This document shows positions 1 to 12,449 of a stretch of DNA of 64,000 bases, piece by piece. The stretch comes from Hyphochytrium catenoides (lineage: Eukaryota; Protista; Hyphochytriomycota). The DNA lies in assembly GCA_900088475.1 (NCBI GenBank), contig FLMG01002721.1, positions 1 to 64,000 on the forward strand. Direction: 5' to 3'. Each line of letters opens with the position of its first letter. Within the stretch, counting starts at the first letter, position 1. The notes under the pieces were generated by a model. That model saw nothing but the letters and a program-made list of their open reading frames with translations. It ran no database searches and had not been told where the DNA came from. A program made the position numbers and the translations under genes.

Positions 1-1190
1 AGAGAGAGAGAGAGAGAGAAGGAGGCAGAAGAAGCAGGGGACTGATAAAGGGCAACATGCATTGACAGAGCTGACTGGGCCAAAGCAAGAAGATAACCTT
101 TCCGTCTTCGCCTATCTTCAGCCCAGAAAAAGACTCTATTACGGGGTCGCGTAGAGAAGGTCGAACGTGTCGCCGAAGATCTGCCGTGCAAAGAGGGGCT
201 AAGTGTCTTGCCACCGATCGCCTATCGCCATCCGTGGGAGCTGGATGAGGGTGAGGCGCTGGACTCGGCAGCTTGTAGCGCGGGATCGGAGAGAGAGGCT
301 GAGGAAGAAGATGCGGATTCACTGGAAGAAGAGGAGAGAAGCCAAAGTTTCTGGCCAGGAGGCTTTGCACTGAGGGAGAGCCAGCCACCGCTAGAGGCTT
401 CTGAGGCGTCCTTCCATAGTAGCCGCAGACTGCAGCCGTCCAGTCGAGATATTAGCCGGGAGTCTCACAGCCACCTCAAGGTAGGCTGCCGCTTCGTCTT
501 TGACGGTTTTTATTATTTCTCTCTAATTAAAGGCTTGCTGCTACTAGCCACAACGGAGAAGGCACGATCCCGTAGCCGCATACCATCAGATGCAGGACAT
601 CTGGAAACAGGTGAGCAGGCACAAGGATTCTCAGCTTCTGAGCCTCTTACTCACCAGCTCTATTGTCTGCTTATCTCTCTTGTCATGGACAGAATGAACA
701 GCGCGCTCGGAGAACTAGGAGCGTCGTCTACCAGGTAGCTTATCACTTAGATTGAAGGCACCTCGAGCGATAAGAGTTTGAGATTAGAATGACCGGCGAG
801 AGGCAATTGCGAGGAAAGACACAGAGAGAGAGTGTGACGGGAGAAGTAGGAGTGAGTTCTCTGAGGCCGTGCTCCCCTGAATAGGATCCTAAGGCCTCAA
901 CCCTACGAGGGCGAACTGTGAGACCAAGCACTTCCTTGGCGTGGACATCTGCACAGCTCCAGCAGGTCTATCTAACAGCTTTATGTCTACCTCTCTTAGT
1001 TTCTGTACTAACGGTCCTACATCCACTCTGCAGGCAATGGGCCCGGCCAACTCCAGCCGCCAAAGTAAAGGCAAGGGGCTGGCTCAGAACCATTACATCG
1101 TCCCTACCAGCAAGCCCCGATCATCGCTGGTCTGGAGCGTGCGGGTATGTCCCAAGATGTCTAGCTTCTGTTTAAGATAGACTTCCGTCT
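1..1190 (-). CDS. Candidate spliced gene of unknown function, running off the left edge of the window
   Basis: Minus-strand blocks with plausible AG/GT ends: TEVYLKQKLDILGHTRTLQ (~1188-1105), VDVGPLVQKLREVDIKLLDR (~1028-907), FSERAVHSVHDKRDKQTIEL|gtgagt (~713-655), and a long Pro-rich open frame VCGYYGRTPQKPL...KIGEDGK (~430-100). No family recognised and exon phases not fully reconciled. Confidence 0.3.
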
Positions 1191-1512
1191 AAGAGATGTC
1201 TCTTTTTCTATAGCAACAGATGCGCCGCACGGACCAGGTTGGCTTCCACCTCCCGCTGTACAGGCAGACAGCATCTCTCCGGTGAAAATGCGATGTTTAG
1301 GAGACAGCAGTACAATATGGACTATAATAGACTTGGGATATAGAGCCGGCTCTACCATAAACCCCCTTTCCAACTCTCTCGACCTTGCCTACGCTATACT
1401 CTTCCTTCCCTTCTGGGCCTGGCACCCGCTCCGTCTTTCTCTGCTGCTTTTCCTCCCTTTCTCACCCTAAATCATCTCCGTTGTGAGTCTCCGTTACGGT
1501 TGTCCCATCACT

Positions 1513-3139
1513 TTAGAAGAACCCATTATCGGCCTGCTGCGGCGGGAGTGTGGGGAACAGGGTCTCTCGGATCTCTGGCAATCTGTCATAGTAAACGAGC
1601 CCCAGTCGGCTGCATCCAGATTCAGCAGGGCATTCGGCGACGACATAAAAGAGAGACATGGTCGTTTGGCATGTTAGGAAGAGAGGCAGAGAACAAATCG
1701 TAAGACTTGGTCTGCGGCATCTGATAATGGGGGAAACAAAGAGATGCTTACGCCTCAATCGTGTTGTTGCAAAGGATTCTGCCCTGATAAGCACCCAGCA
1801 CAATGCCGCCCGACCTGCATCAGGCAAAGCTCTAGAGTTAGAGCTCTATCTCCCACCCCAGCGGATAAATAGCAGAGCAGGGAGAGTAAAAGATATCTTC
1901 TTTCCCATAGCCAGCATATATAGGGTTATAGATGCAGCCAAGATGAAGCGGAAATCCAATGAAACATAGAGTTCACGCACAGACTTAAAAGGCGGACAAG
2001 GGACTGAAAGATGATCGCACAGGCAGGGTTCAGGAGACATACGATGTGGGAGGAAGCTGCTCATTCTTAGGAGCAAGCTGGACTTTGACTTGCGGGTCTT
2101 GCCCGCATTCCTTCTGCATAATCTTCTTATACTCCGACAGTGCAGCAGGGATTACGCTCTGCACGATATCAACGTCATCTTGCCGGCAGCGGATGAAAAC
2201 TTCCTTCTCGTCAATCTTGATCAGGCCCTAATAGAGTAGGATTAAAGCATTAGACAACAGAAAGAGAGAGAAGCGGAGCGGAGCGGGAGGAGAATGAAAG
2301 CTTCTCCGAAGGCATGATTGAACGTGAAGACCCAAGTGGCGCGGAAAGAGCTTACAGTGCACAGCAGACAGAGAGAGAAAGGAAAAGGAAGACGTCAATG
2401 TTGCCATATTTTTCACTAGTGCGTAGGAGAAGAGCGTGAGCAATAGAGACTCACCTGAACAATGAGATCCTGAAGGAACTTCGTATACTTTCCTTTATCG
2501 TTGCGAATCTGTGCAGCTCGCTGCCGCGCTTCAACCAACAGTTGCTGAAAAGGTAATGTGTGCGTGTTATGGACAGAAGCGTCAATGTAAAGAAAGATTA
2601 GTCGCAGCAACCGAACTCTGCAGATAGTGGAGCGGTGCCTTGACAAAGGCGGCAGCTGACACAGGAGAAGAGAGACGAAGAGCTTGACAGAGTACCGCCG
2701 GACTGTCACTCGTGACGCACCTGGAGGAGTTCTTCACGATCTGCCATTTTCTTTCTTCTGCATGTCCCAACCTCAGCGGAGCGTTTACTAGGGAGATAGG
2801 TGATAAGCTGGGTAACGTAAAATCTTGATCTGAAAGCAAGACCCTACATTCTCTTCTGAACTTCGCGGTCTTTCTCACGCCGAGTGAACTCCTCTTGGAT
2901 CTTGACCTTTGCATTGTGCACCAGCATCTGCTTCTCTAGGTTGAAATCGTGCTCGGTCTGAGAGGAGACGTTGGTAAACAGTTGTTCAGCTGTGACCACG
3001 GTCTAATGATATAAACGTAGAGCATGGCTGGACGGACAGTACGCACCTTCACACGGATCTCATTTGCCTTCTCTTGCGCCTCCTGCAAGATGAAGTTGAC
3101 CATCTGCCGGATCTGCTTGGTAGCGTCTGAAGGATTCAT
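1513..3139 (-). CDS. ATP6V1E: V-type proton ATPase subunit E (about 7 exons)
   Basis: Spliced translation MNPSDATKQIRQMVNFILQEAQEKANEIRVK|TEHDFNLEKQMLVHNAKVKIQEEFTRREK...|QLLVEARQR...YTKFLQDLIVQ|GLIKIDEKEVFIRCRQDDVDIV...|GGIVLGAYQGRILCNNTIEA|RLGLVYYDRLPEIRETLFP; hallmark Vma4/subunit E motifs. ATG at 3139, TAA at 1513-1515. Confidence 0.95.
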
Positions 3140-3882
3140 CGTTGCAGTAACAAGTGACCTGTACGGCAACCTCAGTACAAAACGTCGATGCTAGGCAGCA
3201 CTTATCAGCCTTACGAAGAGACACAGGGCAATGGCGAAGTTCGCTTGATCTAAGGCGCTTGCTTATCCCTAGCTCCCTGTGTAAACCAAAGCAGCTGGCG
3301 GTTCAAACAGAGCTTCTTGAAGATGCGATCTGGGATCTGTGTCCTTTCTTCGTCGTCTCCTGTCTGCCCGCGGAAAGTCTGTGACAGGAAATCTGCAGCT
3401 TTTTACGCTGCAGATCGGGTTTTGGATTTTTATTGTGTTGCTCTTCCTACCGCCCGTCCCGCGGCAAAACGTGTCGGCCCCACATAGATAATTCCCTTTC
3501 CGTCTGACATTCCACGTAGGGTTGGCCTTCCCCAGCGGGTCAGATACAGAATGATTCTTATCCTTATACGTGATAAGGAAAGGATGGGGGCGTATTGTGC
3601 GGAATGATCTCCCATGCATCTTTAGGCAAGTACAAGTGCTGCTGGTCCTGGAGGAGGTCTGGGGTTCAGGCGAAAGCACCCCCAAAAAGCCCAATAAAAA
3701 CTCCAAAAAATCTGCATTTGGCGCCGATGAGGCAGATCTGAGCCAGATTCTATCGAGTTCTCCCAGCAGCCTGGCGTCCTTCCTTATCTATCGCATATCT
3801 ATAGGCCTTCGCATATCCATTGGTCTGAGCTGGGCGTGAGCAGTAGAGCGTCTATCGCTACACTTTGGGATATTTTGGAAAC

Positions 3883-6506
3883 ATGGCGACTGCTATCGAT
3901 GCCACTGATGATGGAGATATTCCTGAAGCCTCACTGAGAAATCTTCTGGAGCAGACCACGCTAAAGTGGATTTTCGTGGGAGGCAAGGGAGGAGTCGGAA
4001 AGACAACCACGTCTTCATGTCTCGCTATCAGGGTAAATCTCTGTGAAGAATATGCAGAGATAATGACTGCAAAGCTTACCGCGTGGGTCATGTCTGCAGC
4101 TTGCAGAAGTGCGGGAGAAGGTTCTTATCGTCTCCACGGACCCAGCTCACAACCTCAGGTAGGAAGGGACAGAGGAAGGCTCCTGAGAAGAGCAGGGCAT
4201 GCCTTGCTACGACCTACCTCGTCTGCTATCTCATCAGCTTATCGCAAACCGTGTGACATTGGCAGAAAGCTCTATCGGCAGACTGTTCTTGCTCCTTCTC
4301 CACCCTAATGCTGTCATGTGCTTCTCTCCCTACACAACAGGAGGGTTCTTAACATTGACTTCTGATTAATGCAGTGATGCCTTTGGACAAAAGTTTACTC
4401 GGGAGCCCACGCTGATCAACGGATTCAGCAACCTTTTCTGTATGGAGATCGATCCGACCGCTGAGGTCTGCGCGGCATCCTGATACCTTGCGCTGCTCTG
4501 TAGCTGATTCGGCTTCTGTGCTCTTGGCTCTTACGGTGGCGGAATAGGTGGATGATTTGCCCAGTGATGGCCTGCAGGGCCCAGCAGCAGGCATGGCGTC
4601 GATGTTTCAGGAATTATCTCAGTCGATTCCTGGGATTGACGAGGTAGGCCAATGGGACAAACGGCCAGGGGTTATATAGAGGAGAGAGAGGGAGAGAGAG
4701 AGAGAGAGACAAAGAGGAAAGAAAATCGGACCGAGATAAGAGAAAGATGGACCAGAGGGAAAGAGTGAGGGACGAGAGACACAAAGAGCGTGATGAGAGA
4801 GACACATATAGAGGACCCAAGGCAATAGAGAGATGAGTGATCTAAGAAAAGGCCAGACAGCACTTGACATATGAGTTCTGTACACTGCTCACTGCAGGCG
4901 ATGGGGTTTGCGGAGATCATGAAGCAGGTTCAGACCATGGATTATAGCGTTATCGTCTTTGACACGGCACCCACAGGACACACCCTAAGGCTGCTCAGGT
5001 GCACAGGCTCTCCATCCGTCCGCTCTATCTTTCTCTCTCTCGTGCTTTCTATCGCAGCCACTCTGTCTTATCCGTTCTTTTTGGTAACTTTTGAAGAGCG
5101 GGAAAATGGCGGCTTAGCTTCATTTTACCGGCTCTCAGCTGTCGTCTCATAAGTGTGGATCTCTCCATCACTTAATTTTCCTCAGACTACCTGCATCAAT
5201 GTGAATCGACACTTTCCATTGCCTTTTTAGGGGACTGTGGCCTTTCTAGTCCTCAAGAGCATGGATTCCTGGCTGACTTGCCCGCTCTCTTCTCGGCAGC
5301 TTCCCGTCCCTATTAGAAAAAGCCTTTAGCAAGATCCTCTCCCTGAAGTCAAGATTCTCTGGAATGTTTAACCAGGTAGGCCCTGAGGGTCTCTTCTCTA
5401 CATATTGTCCACGTGTATTGAGCGACGATACTTCTCGCAGGCCTCAGCCCTGCTTGGTGCTAACATGCCTTCAGAAGAGATGCTCCTCGGACGGCTGGAA
5501 GCTACGAAAGAGATCATTGACAAGGTGCGCCGACTTCACGGCTGTTCCTTGCCTTAGTGATTGCTTGTTGCTTGTCATTGTGCCTCACTCTTTCTGGAGT
5601 AGGTCAACAGTCAATTCAAGGACCCAGATCTGACCACCTTCGTCTGTGTCTGCATACCGGAGTTCCTCAGCTTGTATGAGACGGAGAGGCTTGTGCAGGT
5701 GCGCATAATGGATGAACGGTGTCAAGGGGTTGATAAGCATGCAGAGAATCCTAGAGCCGTTTGTTTGCATTAGATTCTCAAGCTTACTTTTCCTTAGGAG
5801 CTGACAAAGTTTGAAATTGACACGCATAACATTGTCGTCAACCAAGTTCTCTTTGTGGAAGGTAACCTCTTCTACTCCAGGCTGTTCTGCTCTGCTGCAC
5901 TTCCGATGTGAAGGGTCCTACTATCTTCTGTCGTGGAGCTCTATAGGCCATGGCTATTATCCTAGACAATCTCCTCTTCAAAGATTCTCGCCTTCTCTGC
6001 CTGTTCTTCTAAGTCTCCCAGTCGAACAAGACGACATCGTGGTTCAATCTCGTCTCTTCAATTATAATAACCCTCTAACGGCGTGGCTACGGCCATCAGA
6101 CGGCTCAACTTGCAAGAAGTGCCTGGCTCGGCAGAGGATGCAGCTCAAGTACATTGATCAGATCTATGACCTTTACACGGTGAGACCTATCCTCTTAGTC
6201 CCCGCTACTGTCAGTATTGTCTCACCATCAAACTCGCGCATCGTCAGGACTTTCACGTAGTTGAAATGCCTCTTTTGGATCACGAAGTGCGTGGGATTCC
6301 ATCGCTGAAGGAGTTCTCTATGAATCTCATCAAACCGTAAGACTCCATCCTTGATGACCCGGTTAACAGCAACATTAACGCCTCCACTCCTCATGCCTCC
6401 GTGTACTGCTCTCTCTTATTCTTTCATTGACTATATGGCTTCTCTCTTTCAAAATCGAAGTTATGCGGAGACGATCAAGCAGAACTCATCAGCGGTCAGC
6501 TTCTAG
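3883..6506 (+). CDS. GET3: GET3/ASNA1 (TRC40) ATPase for tail-anchored protein targeting, multi-exon
   Basis: [18 protein letters not shown] (deviant Walker A), [72 protein letters not shown] and the zinc CKKC motif. The last exon ([15 protein letters not shown], stop 6504-6506) is inferred from a gtaaga donor at 6337; an unspliced stop at 6338-6340 is the alternative. Confidence 0.95.
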
Positions 6507-6748
6507 CCTAATATTTTATTCTTATAAGCTTCTGGCAATAATATAACACTGGGCATACCAGCAGTTTAGCATGGGAGAAGATAGGCTATTGGAACCAAGG
6601 GCATCGAAGGCCGAACTTGAAGAAGAGATAGAGTTCGGAGGGATAAGTTGAAGGACAAAGCTGTGCATTACGTCGGAGCGAGCAGGACCTCACCTCTTGA
6701 TGTCTGGTTCTTCCTGCAAGCAGACACTAGAGCTGACCCTCCCTTGGG

Positions 6749-8086
6749 CTAGAAAAGTCTCTCGATGGTGAACAGGATCAGCCCGCTAATAACCATGAGA
6801 GCTGGTGTGTCCATCGTGTGAGGCGAGGTAGCCTCCGCATAGGCCATTGCTGGAGGAAGTAGCAACATAGCCAGCCAGCACTGTGCAGGGTCCCTAAAGT
6901 CTTGATACTGAAGGGCAGGGAAGAGCATGCCGGACATGAAGACACAGGCGCTGCCCTCGTAAGAGCGGGTATAAGGTCTAGCAGAAAAGCAGCTCCTGAC
7001 AATGTATTTGTGGCGCCCGAATGTGACGCCGACAGGCTCTGCCAGTCCATCCCCTATCCCTGTGATGCAGATAATAATGAAGACGAGATTCTCCTGTCCT
7101 GTATAGGAGAAGAGCCCGCGGAAAAAGAGGATCAGAAGAAGGCCTGGGATAATGTTCCCTCCAATGATCCACTTCAGGGTATGTGGCCTGTCCTCTGGGC
7201 GGTCCAGCGAGTTGAACTGCAACATAAAGAACGTATACCTCTCTCTGACAGGTCGGATCATGAACAGAAACGTCAGGAGCGTAAAGAAGTCGCCCCAGGC
7301 CAACTCCAAGGCACCGGAGCAGCCGCACTCTGGCCCTGGCCTGATTATTAACGGGATGAGATAAGCTGCAAAGTGCTGCAGCTTCCTAGTATAGTTAACC
7401 TTGAAGGCAGAGTTCTTGGTGGTGACAATATAGCCGCGCTCGTCTACAGCGCAGAAATGCCTGCAAATGGCCCCTCCAAGAAGTGAGACAGACATCATGG
7501 CTAGCACTTTGGGCGCTTGATACAGCCAGAACTGGCCATTGAAAAAGAGCTCCGGCTTCAACCAAGTGGTAAGGATCATAAGGACAAGGAAGAAGCCAAG
7601 CATGATCCAGACAAAATAGTACTCGAAGGTATCTCGCCAGTCGCCATAATAAGCGCCAGCGACATCGCCAGGGTGCAAAACGTCTGAGCCATCAGAGCTG
7701 GCAGGGCTTGCAGGCGTCTGAAAGAGCAAGGGTGAAGGATAAAAAAGCAAGAAAGGCGGCGCAAACTACGTTAGTAGGACTATCGTCTTCAGAGTAGTGG
7801 AGAGCAATCTACACGCCGATACCTGTGCTTCAAGATGGGGACTATCCACCGTGGGAATGGCTCCATAGTTAGTCACAGCGGAGGGAAGTTTGAACTTGGG
7901 CTTCTCCTCACGTGGTTTCCAAAGATAGAAGAACACGATGATGGCTGCCAAAGTAAGAGACGGCCACAGCCAAAGAAGAAGTGTCTGACCGGTGGTTAGC
8001 TCAGGCCAGACAGGGGACTCTAACGGTGTCTCTTCTGATAGTTGAAGATCGGCCTGCATGCTAGTCGTGATAGCCGGCATATCCAT
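6749..8086 (-). CDS. Polytopic membrane protein of the CTP-dependent phytol/dolichol/diacylglycerol kinase (cytidylyltransferase-like) superfamily; 2 exons (8086-7823, 7717-6749)
   Basis: YTRKLQHF (RK..H motif), GIGDGLAEPVGVTFGRHKY (GD..A..G..FG), TRSYEGS (K/RS.EGS) and AEATSPHTMDTP motifs, with many hydrophobic helices. GT-AG intron 7822-7718 joins the N-terminal TM exon in phase 0. Confidence 0.75.
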
Positions 8087-8743
8087 CGAGCTGTAGGCGG
8101 CCTCAGCTCTCCGCTGAGATAAGAGAGAGCGGAACGTCTGGGATGGGACGAATGCGTCCGCCTTCTGATCCTACGGGTGTAGAGTGAACAGACAGCGGGC
8201 AGCAATCTCTTCTTCGTAGTGCCGTCTTCTCAGAAGGATCACCCTGCAAGACCTAGAGCGTCAGAGCGGCTATGAGGACCTCTCACAAGGTTTAGCCCGG
8301 TCCTGCAAACTCTAATACTCTGTCTCTAAAGGCCAGACTTCCAGCTGCTATGGAGGTAGAACTAGGTGCTCGGTCCGCCCCGCGCTCGAGCTCTCGGCCG
8401 CGCTGTCCCACCCCGAGCCCCTTAACGCCCACCACCTGTACCGGTAACGGCTAGAGTCCTTTATGTGGTGCCGTTCTAAATAGACATATTTGGGTTCCTG
8501 ATTCTGGGCAAGTCTCTTTTTATTATGCGGAATCTGTATTATAACCCCTCCTTCTGCGCAAATTTTGTCGCCTCTCAGATTTCGAAAGTGCGATGATTCC
8601 GATGATGAAGCTTCCACGGGCCCGATGGCGGCGTCTCCGCGGCGGTCCGCATCCCGTCCTTGGCTCGTAGAGGAAGACTCGATGTCGTCTTGATGTGAGC
8701 GCATTATAAGGGCGATTCTATTGCTTTGACTTATCCATACACC

Positions 8744-10222
8744 ATGGGAGCGATGGATCGCTATCTCATCAAGTCTGAGTTGCCTAAACAGCCTGTACCA
8801 TCAGCTGCCATAGGGCCAACTCTACATAATGCTGTGGCGGTACGGGCAACCTATGGCAGGAAGCGAAGGTTGCCTGATTCACCACATGTCGATGCATGTG
8901 AGACAAGGAGGCCCAAATGTGAGGTAAGCCGTCGGCCTGAGGCTCAAAAAGGGGCTCGGTTATTTATTGAATACGCTTGAAGGATGCCATCGGGGTGTCA
9001 AGGACCATCCTCCACTTGAAAGATGGAAGAGGGAGCAACAGCACGCATTCCGCTCGCCGTCATGGAGTGCAGGGGCTGACATCGCCTTCCAAGGCGCAGA
9101 AAGTCTCTGAGCAAATGTTCTTGGACTTTGGGCAAAAAGACTTCGGAAAGCAAAGGACCTGCCCGACGTGTGGCATGGTCTATACCTTGGGCCAAGCGGT
9201 GAGTAGGCCACTGTTCAACTCTTCCTTCTCATCCTTAGGCCTTGGCCGTTGACCCTTCGCACCGCTAGGAGGATGAGGGAGAGCATAAACGCTTTTGTGC
9301 ACGAGCCGTCCTTGGTATTCGCTATTCTGCAGGAAGTCATGAACGAGTGCACTGGCGGCAGACATCACCAAACGGTAAGCTGAAAACCACATCTTCTGCG
9401 CACTATCTATGTGAATGTTTAGCTGCAACTAACGCCAGTGTGGCTAACAGGAGAGGCCAAAATTGTAGAGATCAGAGGCGGAGACACGGCTTTCCAGCTT
9501 GCCAAGGCTCGAGAGGTAAGGACCCTAGCCATGAGGGGTGCTGGCATCTGGAATTAGCCTCATCAGGACAAGGGGACTATCTAAGATTAGTCAGAGGCGG
9601 AGACGAACAGAAAATATGAAAGGGAGCAAAAGGAGTGACATATTATAAGCCTGTCGATAACCCGGACTGCCAGGTCCTCCAAGCCATGGACGAGGAGCTG
9701 GGATCCAGCGGGTCAGATAACATTGATCAGGAGCTTGGAGAGTCTCGTCTCTTTCTCTATGTTCAACAGAAAAGAGTCAGAGGGGCAATGCTGGTCGAAC
9801 TTATCAGTGAAGCCTTTCCCATCCTCTCTTCAACTGAAACAAGCCAAAAGGTCGTGGTAGAGACAGAGTTCCAGCAGGAAGGCAAGGAGAACATTGTCCC
9901 GGAAAAGAAGAGTGTCGAAGGCTGTCTGATAGAGAAGCAAGAGGAAGCAGGCAAGATAGAGTGCAGCGCGAGAGCTGTCAAGGCCACCCTTGGCGTCTCA
10001 AAAATGTGGGTCGAGCGAGAGGGACGGCGCCAAGGCATCGCTTCTCAGCTGCTTGACATTGCAAGAGCGCGCATAATCTACGGCTACACGGTGCCCAAGT
10101 CAGAGATCGCCTTCACTCATCCAACGCCCCAAGGAAAGAAGTTTGCCGAGCACTACATTGGCACTGCTAAGATCCTAGTCTACTCTCCTTGTGTTCCGTC
10201 GTCTTCTACTCCTTTAACTTAA
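8744..10222 (+). CDS. ECO1: Cohesin acetyltransferase ECO1/CTF7/ESCO (about 5 exons)
   Basis: PIP-like QMFLDFGQKDFG, zinc finger CPTCGMVY...EDEGEHKRFC, and GNAT domain LGVSKMWVEREGRRQGIASQLLD...YG...EIAFTHPTPQGKKFAEHY. Stop at 10220-10222. Confidence 0.93.
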
Positions 10223-10463
10223 GAACTCCTGCCTGCCGCCTCCGCTTCTTAACTCTCATGCTCTCGCAAGCTTCACCCCGCGCCAGGTGAAGCAAGTGGC
10301 AGCTCAGAAGAGCGAGGCGTTTGTTCCTTTACTTCTTCTGTCTCGTTATCTGTCGCTAGGGCTTGCTTGTCTAACTGTGAGTGCTCATAGCAGTATAAGA
10401 CCAAGAGGCTCCAGGACAGGGTTCGGCACAGAGCTTTTATATAGAGTTAAAAAATGAAGCTAA

Positions 10464-12413
10464 TCAAACAGGACAAAGAGAGCTGGAGGGCCGCTCAAGA
10501 CTCAGTCTTCCTCTCATCTTTACGGCCTCCTCAAAGCTGCTTCTCTCTTCCCCTATCAGCGCAGAAATCCCCCTAGCTAGGGATCCAGTCAGCGCTGTGT
10601 TGCTCATGCTGCTAAAGCAAGGAGACCGCCCGCCGCCTCGTTCAACGGGGAGAGCAGAGCAAGAGCCTTGTCGTCAGTCTCAGCACTGATGATGTGCTGG
10701 AGAGATTTATGCAGCGTGGCGAGAGGCTCCTTGATCTAAGACAATCACAGAAAAGGAGAGCGTCAACAACCTCGGTTCAGTCGTAAGTAGAGAAGCTTGC
10801 GCAGCCCAAAAGGAGGGAAGTAGAACCTTGGTGTGGACGCTTCGCTTTGACATCTTTGGTGCCTGGTCAAAGACGAGAAGCAGAAGGAAGACTGCAAAGA
10901 TTATCCTCCGCCGTCTTTCATCGGCAGTGGTGCCAAGCTGACTGGGAATAGCAGTCAACTGCTCTAACAGCGACTTCGAAGTAAACACTGAGCCATGGAG
11001 GACGGGCAAAACGTTAGGGAGACAGAGGGGAACTGGGTCCGCAAAAGTAAGAGGCAGAAGAGAAAGGAGACGGTAGAGGAGTAGAGAGAGAGAGAAGATG
11101 ACAGGCAGCAAGAGCAGAGGAGAGACAAAGAGACGAGAGATAGACCAAAAGATAGACTGGGAGACAACAGAGAGTGAAGAAAGGACACGTAGAAGAAAAG
11201 GGAGAGGAGGGATAATCATTGCTTGACAAGGATAGCACCTTTACCTGAAGAGAGTGAACAGAGCGAGCGCGGAGTAGCAGAGAGATCGGAGAGCGCCTGC
11301 GATAGGTCAAAATCTGCCATCAACGTGTCGACGAGGATGGCACCTAAGTCCAAACAGATAGAAGTTAGGCGACGGACTGTGAAAAGGAAAGCGGGGGAAG
11401 ATAACTCAGGCTCTCTCTCTCTCGCCAGCCATACCGAGTTCCTCCTTCTTGCCCTTGCTTCCTGTCTCCATCATGCCCTTTAGCAACCTCCGTAGCTGCT
11501 TTACAATGAAATCCGATGGAGCATTCCTGCCACAGAGTAGAATGAGGGAAGCCAATCAGGCCAAGAGGTGAGAGAATAATATCAGGAAAGAGCGTGGACG
11601 GAGTGTAGAGAGATAATCTGTTTATGTGGTCTAAGAGTGTGAGGGGCGGAGCAGGAGAGAAAGAGAGAGGAACGGAGGGAAGAAAGAAAGAGTAGAGAGA
11701 GGGACGAACTGTTCGAAAGCTAGGGAGCTGGGAGAGCCGGTAGCATTATGCAGAACTGAGGGAAAGGATATCATACCGGAGAGTCTCAAGGACTCTTTTT
11801 ACAAGGATGCCGACCTCTATCCGCTCTCCGGAAGAAGGAGAAGAGGACCACGACAAAGACAAGAATCGGCAGAAGAGTCCAGCAAGCAGCACTCCTTCTC
11901 TAACATTCTCCTCTAGCAGTAGTCCCACCCTGCCTGACGCTGTCAAGAGGTATAACCACGAGGAGACCTCGTCCATCTGCTGCCCTATCTCCCCACCAAT
12001 AGCTGCACTCTCACACGCAAGGCAGAGCTTTCAGACCAACGTGACAGAGAGCCAAAGGAGAGACGAAAGAGAAGGGTTAGGCTTTATTGAAAAGTGACTC
12101 CCATCGCCGCGGTTCCAAGCAGGAGAAGAAAACTTACCACTGACGACAGAAGTCGAAGCCCTAAATCTCTGTGACTCTGGAAAACCTCGTCATCTAGAAA
12201 GAGAATAAAAAGAGGGTCAAAGAAAGAAGTACCAGGGGTGAAAGACAAAGATTGGACAAGCAGTGTAGTGGGTAAGAAGGGCCATAAGAGGAAAGAGAGA
12301 GAACAAGAAAAGAGAGCACAAGGAAGAACAGCGAGAGGAAGAAACCACAGAAAGAGGCCCACCTAGAGAGAGGAAGAGAAAGAGAGATAGAGTAGGAGAA
12401 ATGGAAAGAGGAA

Positions 12414-12449
<36 letters not shown>

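Noticed and set aside
208-738. 176-aa plus-strand ORF
   Set aside because: No ATG start, no motif, and it overlaps a better minus-strand exon pattern; probably an antisense shadow.
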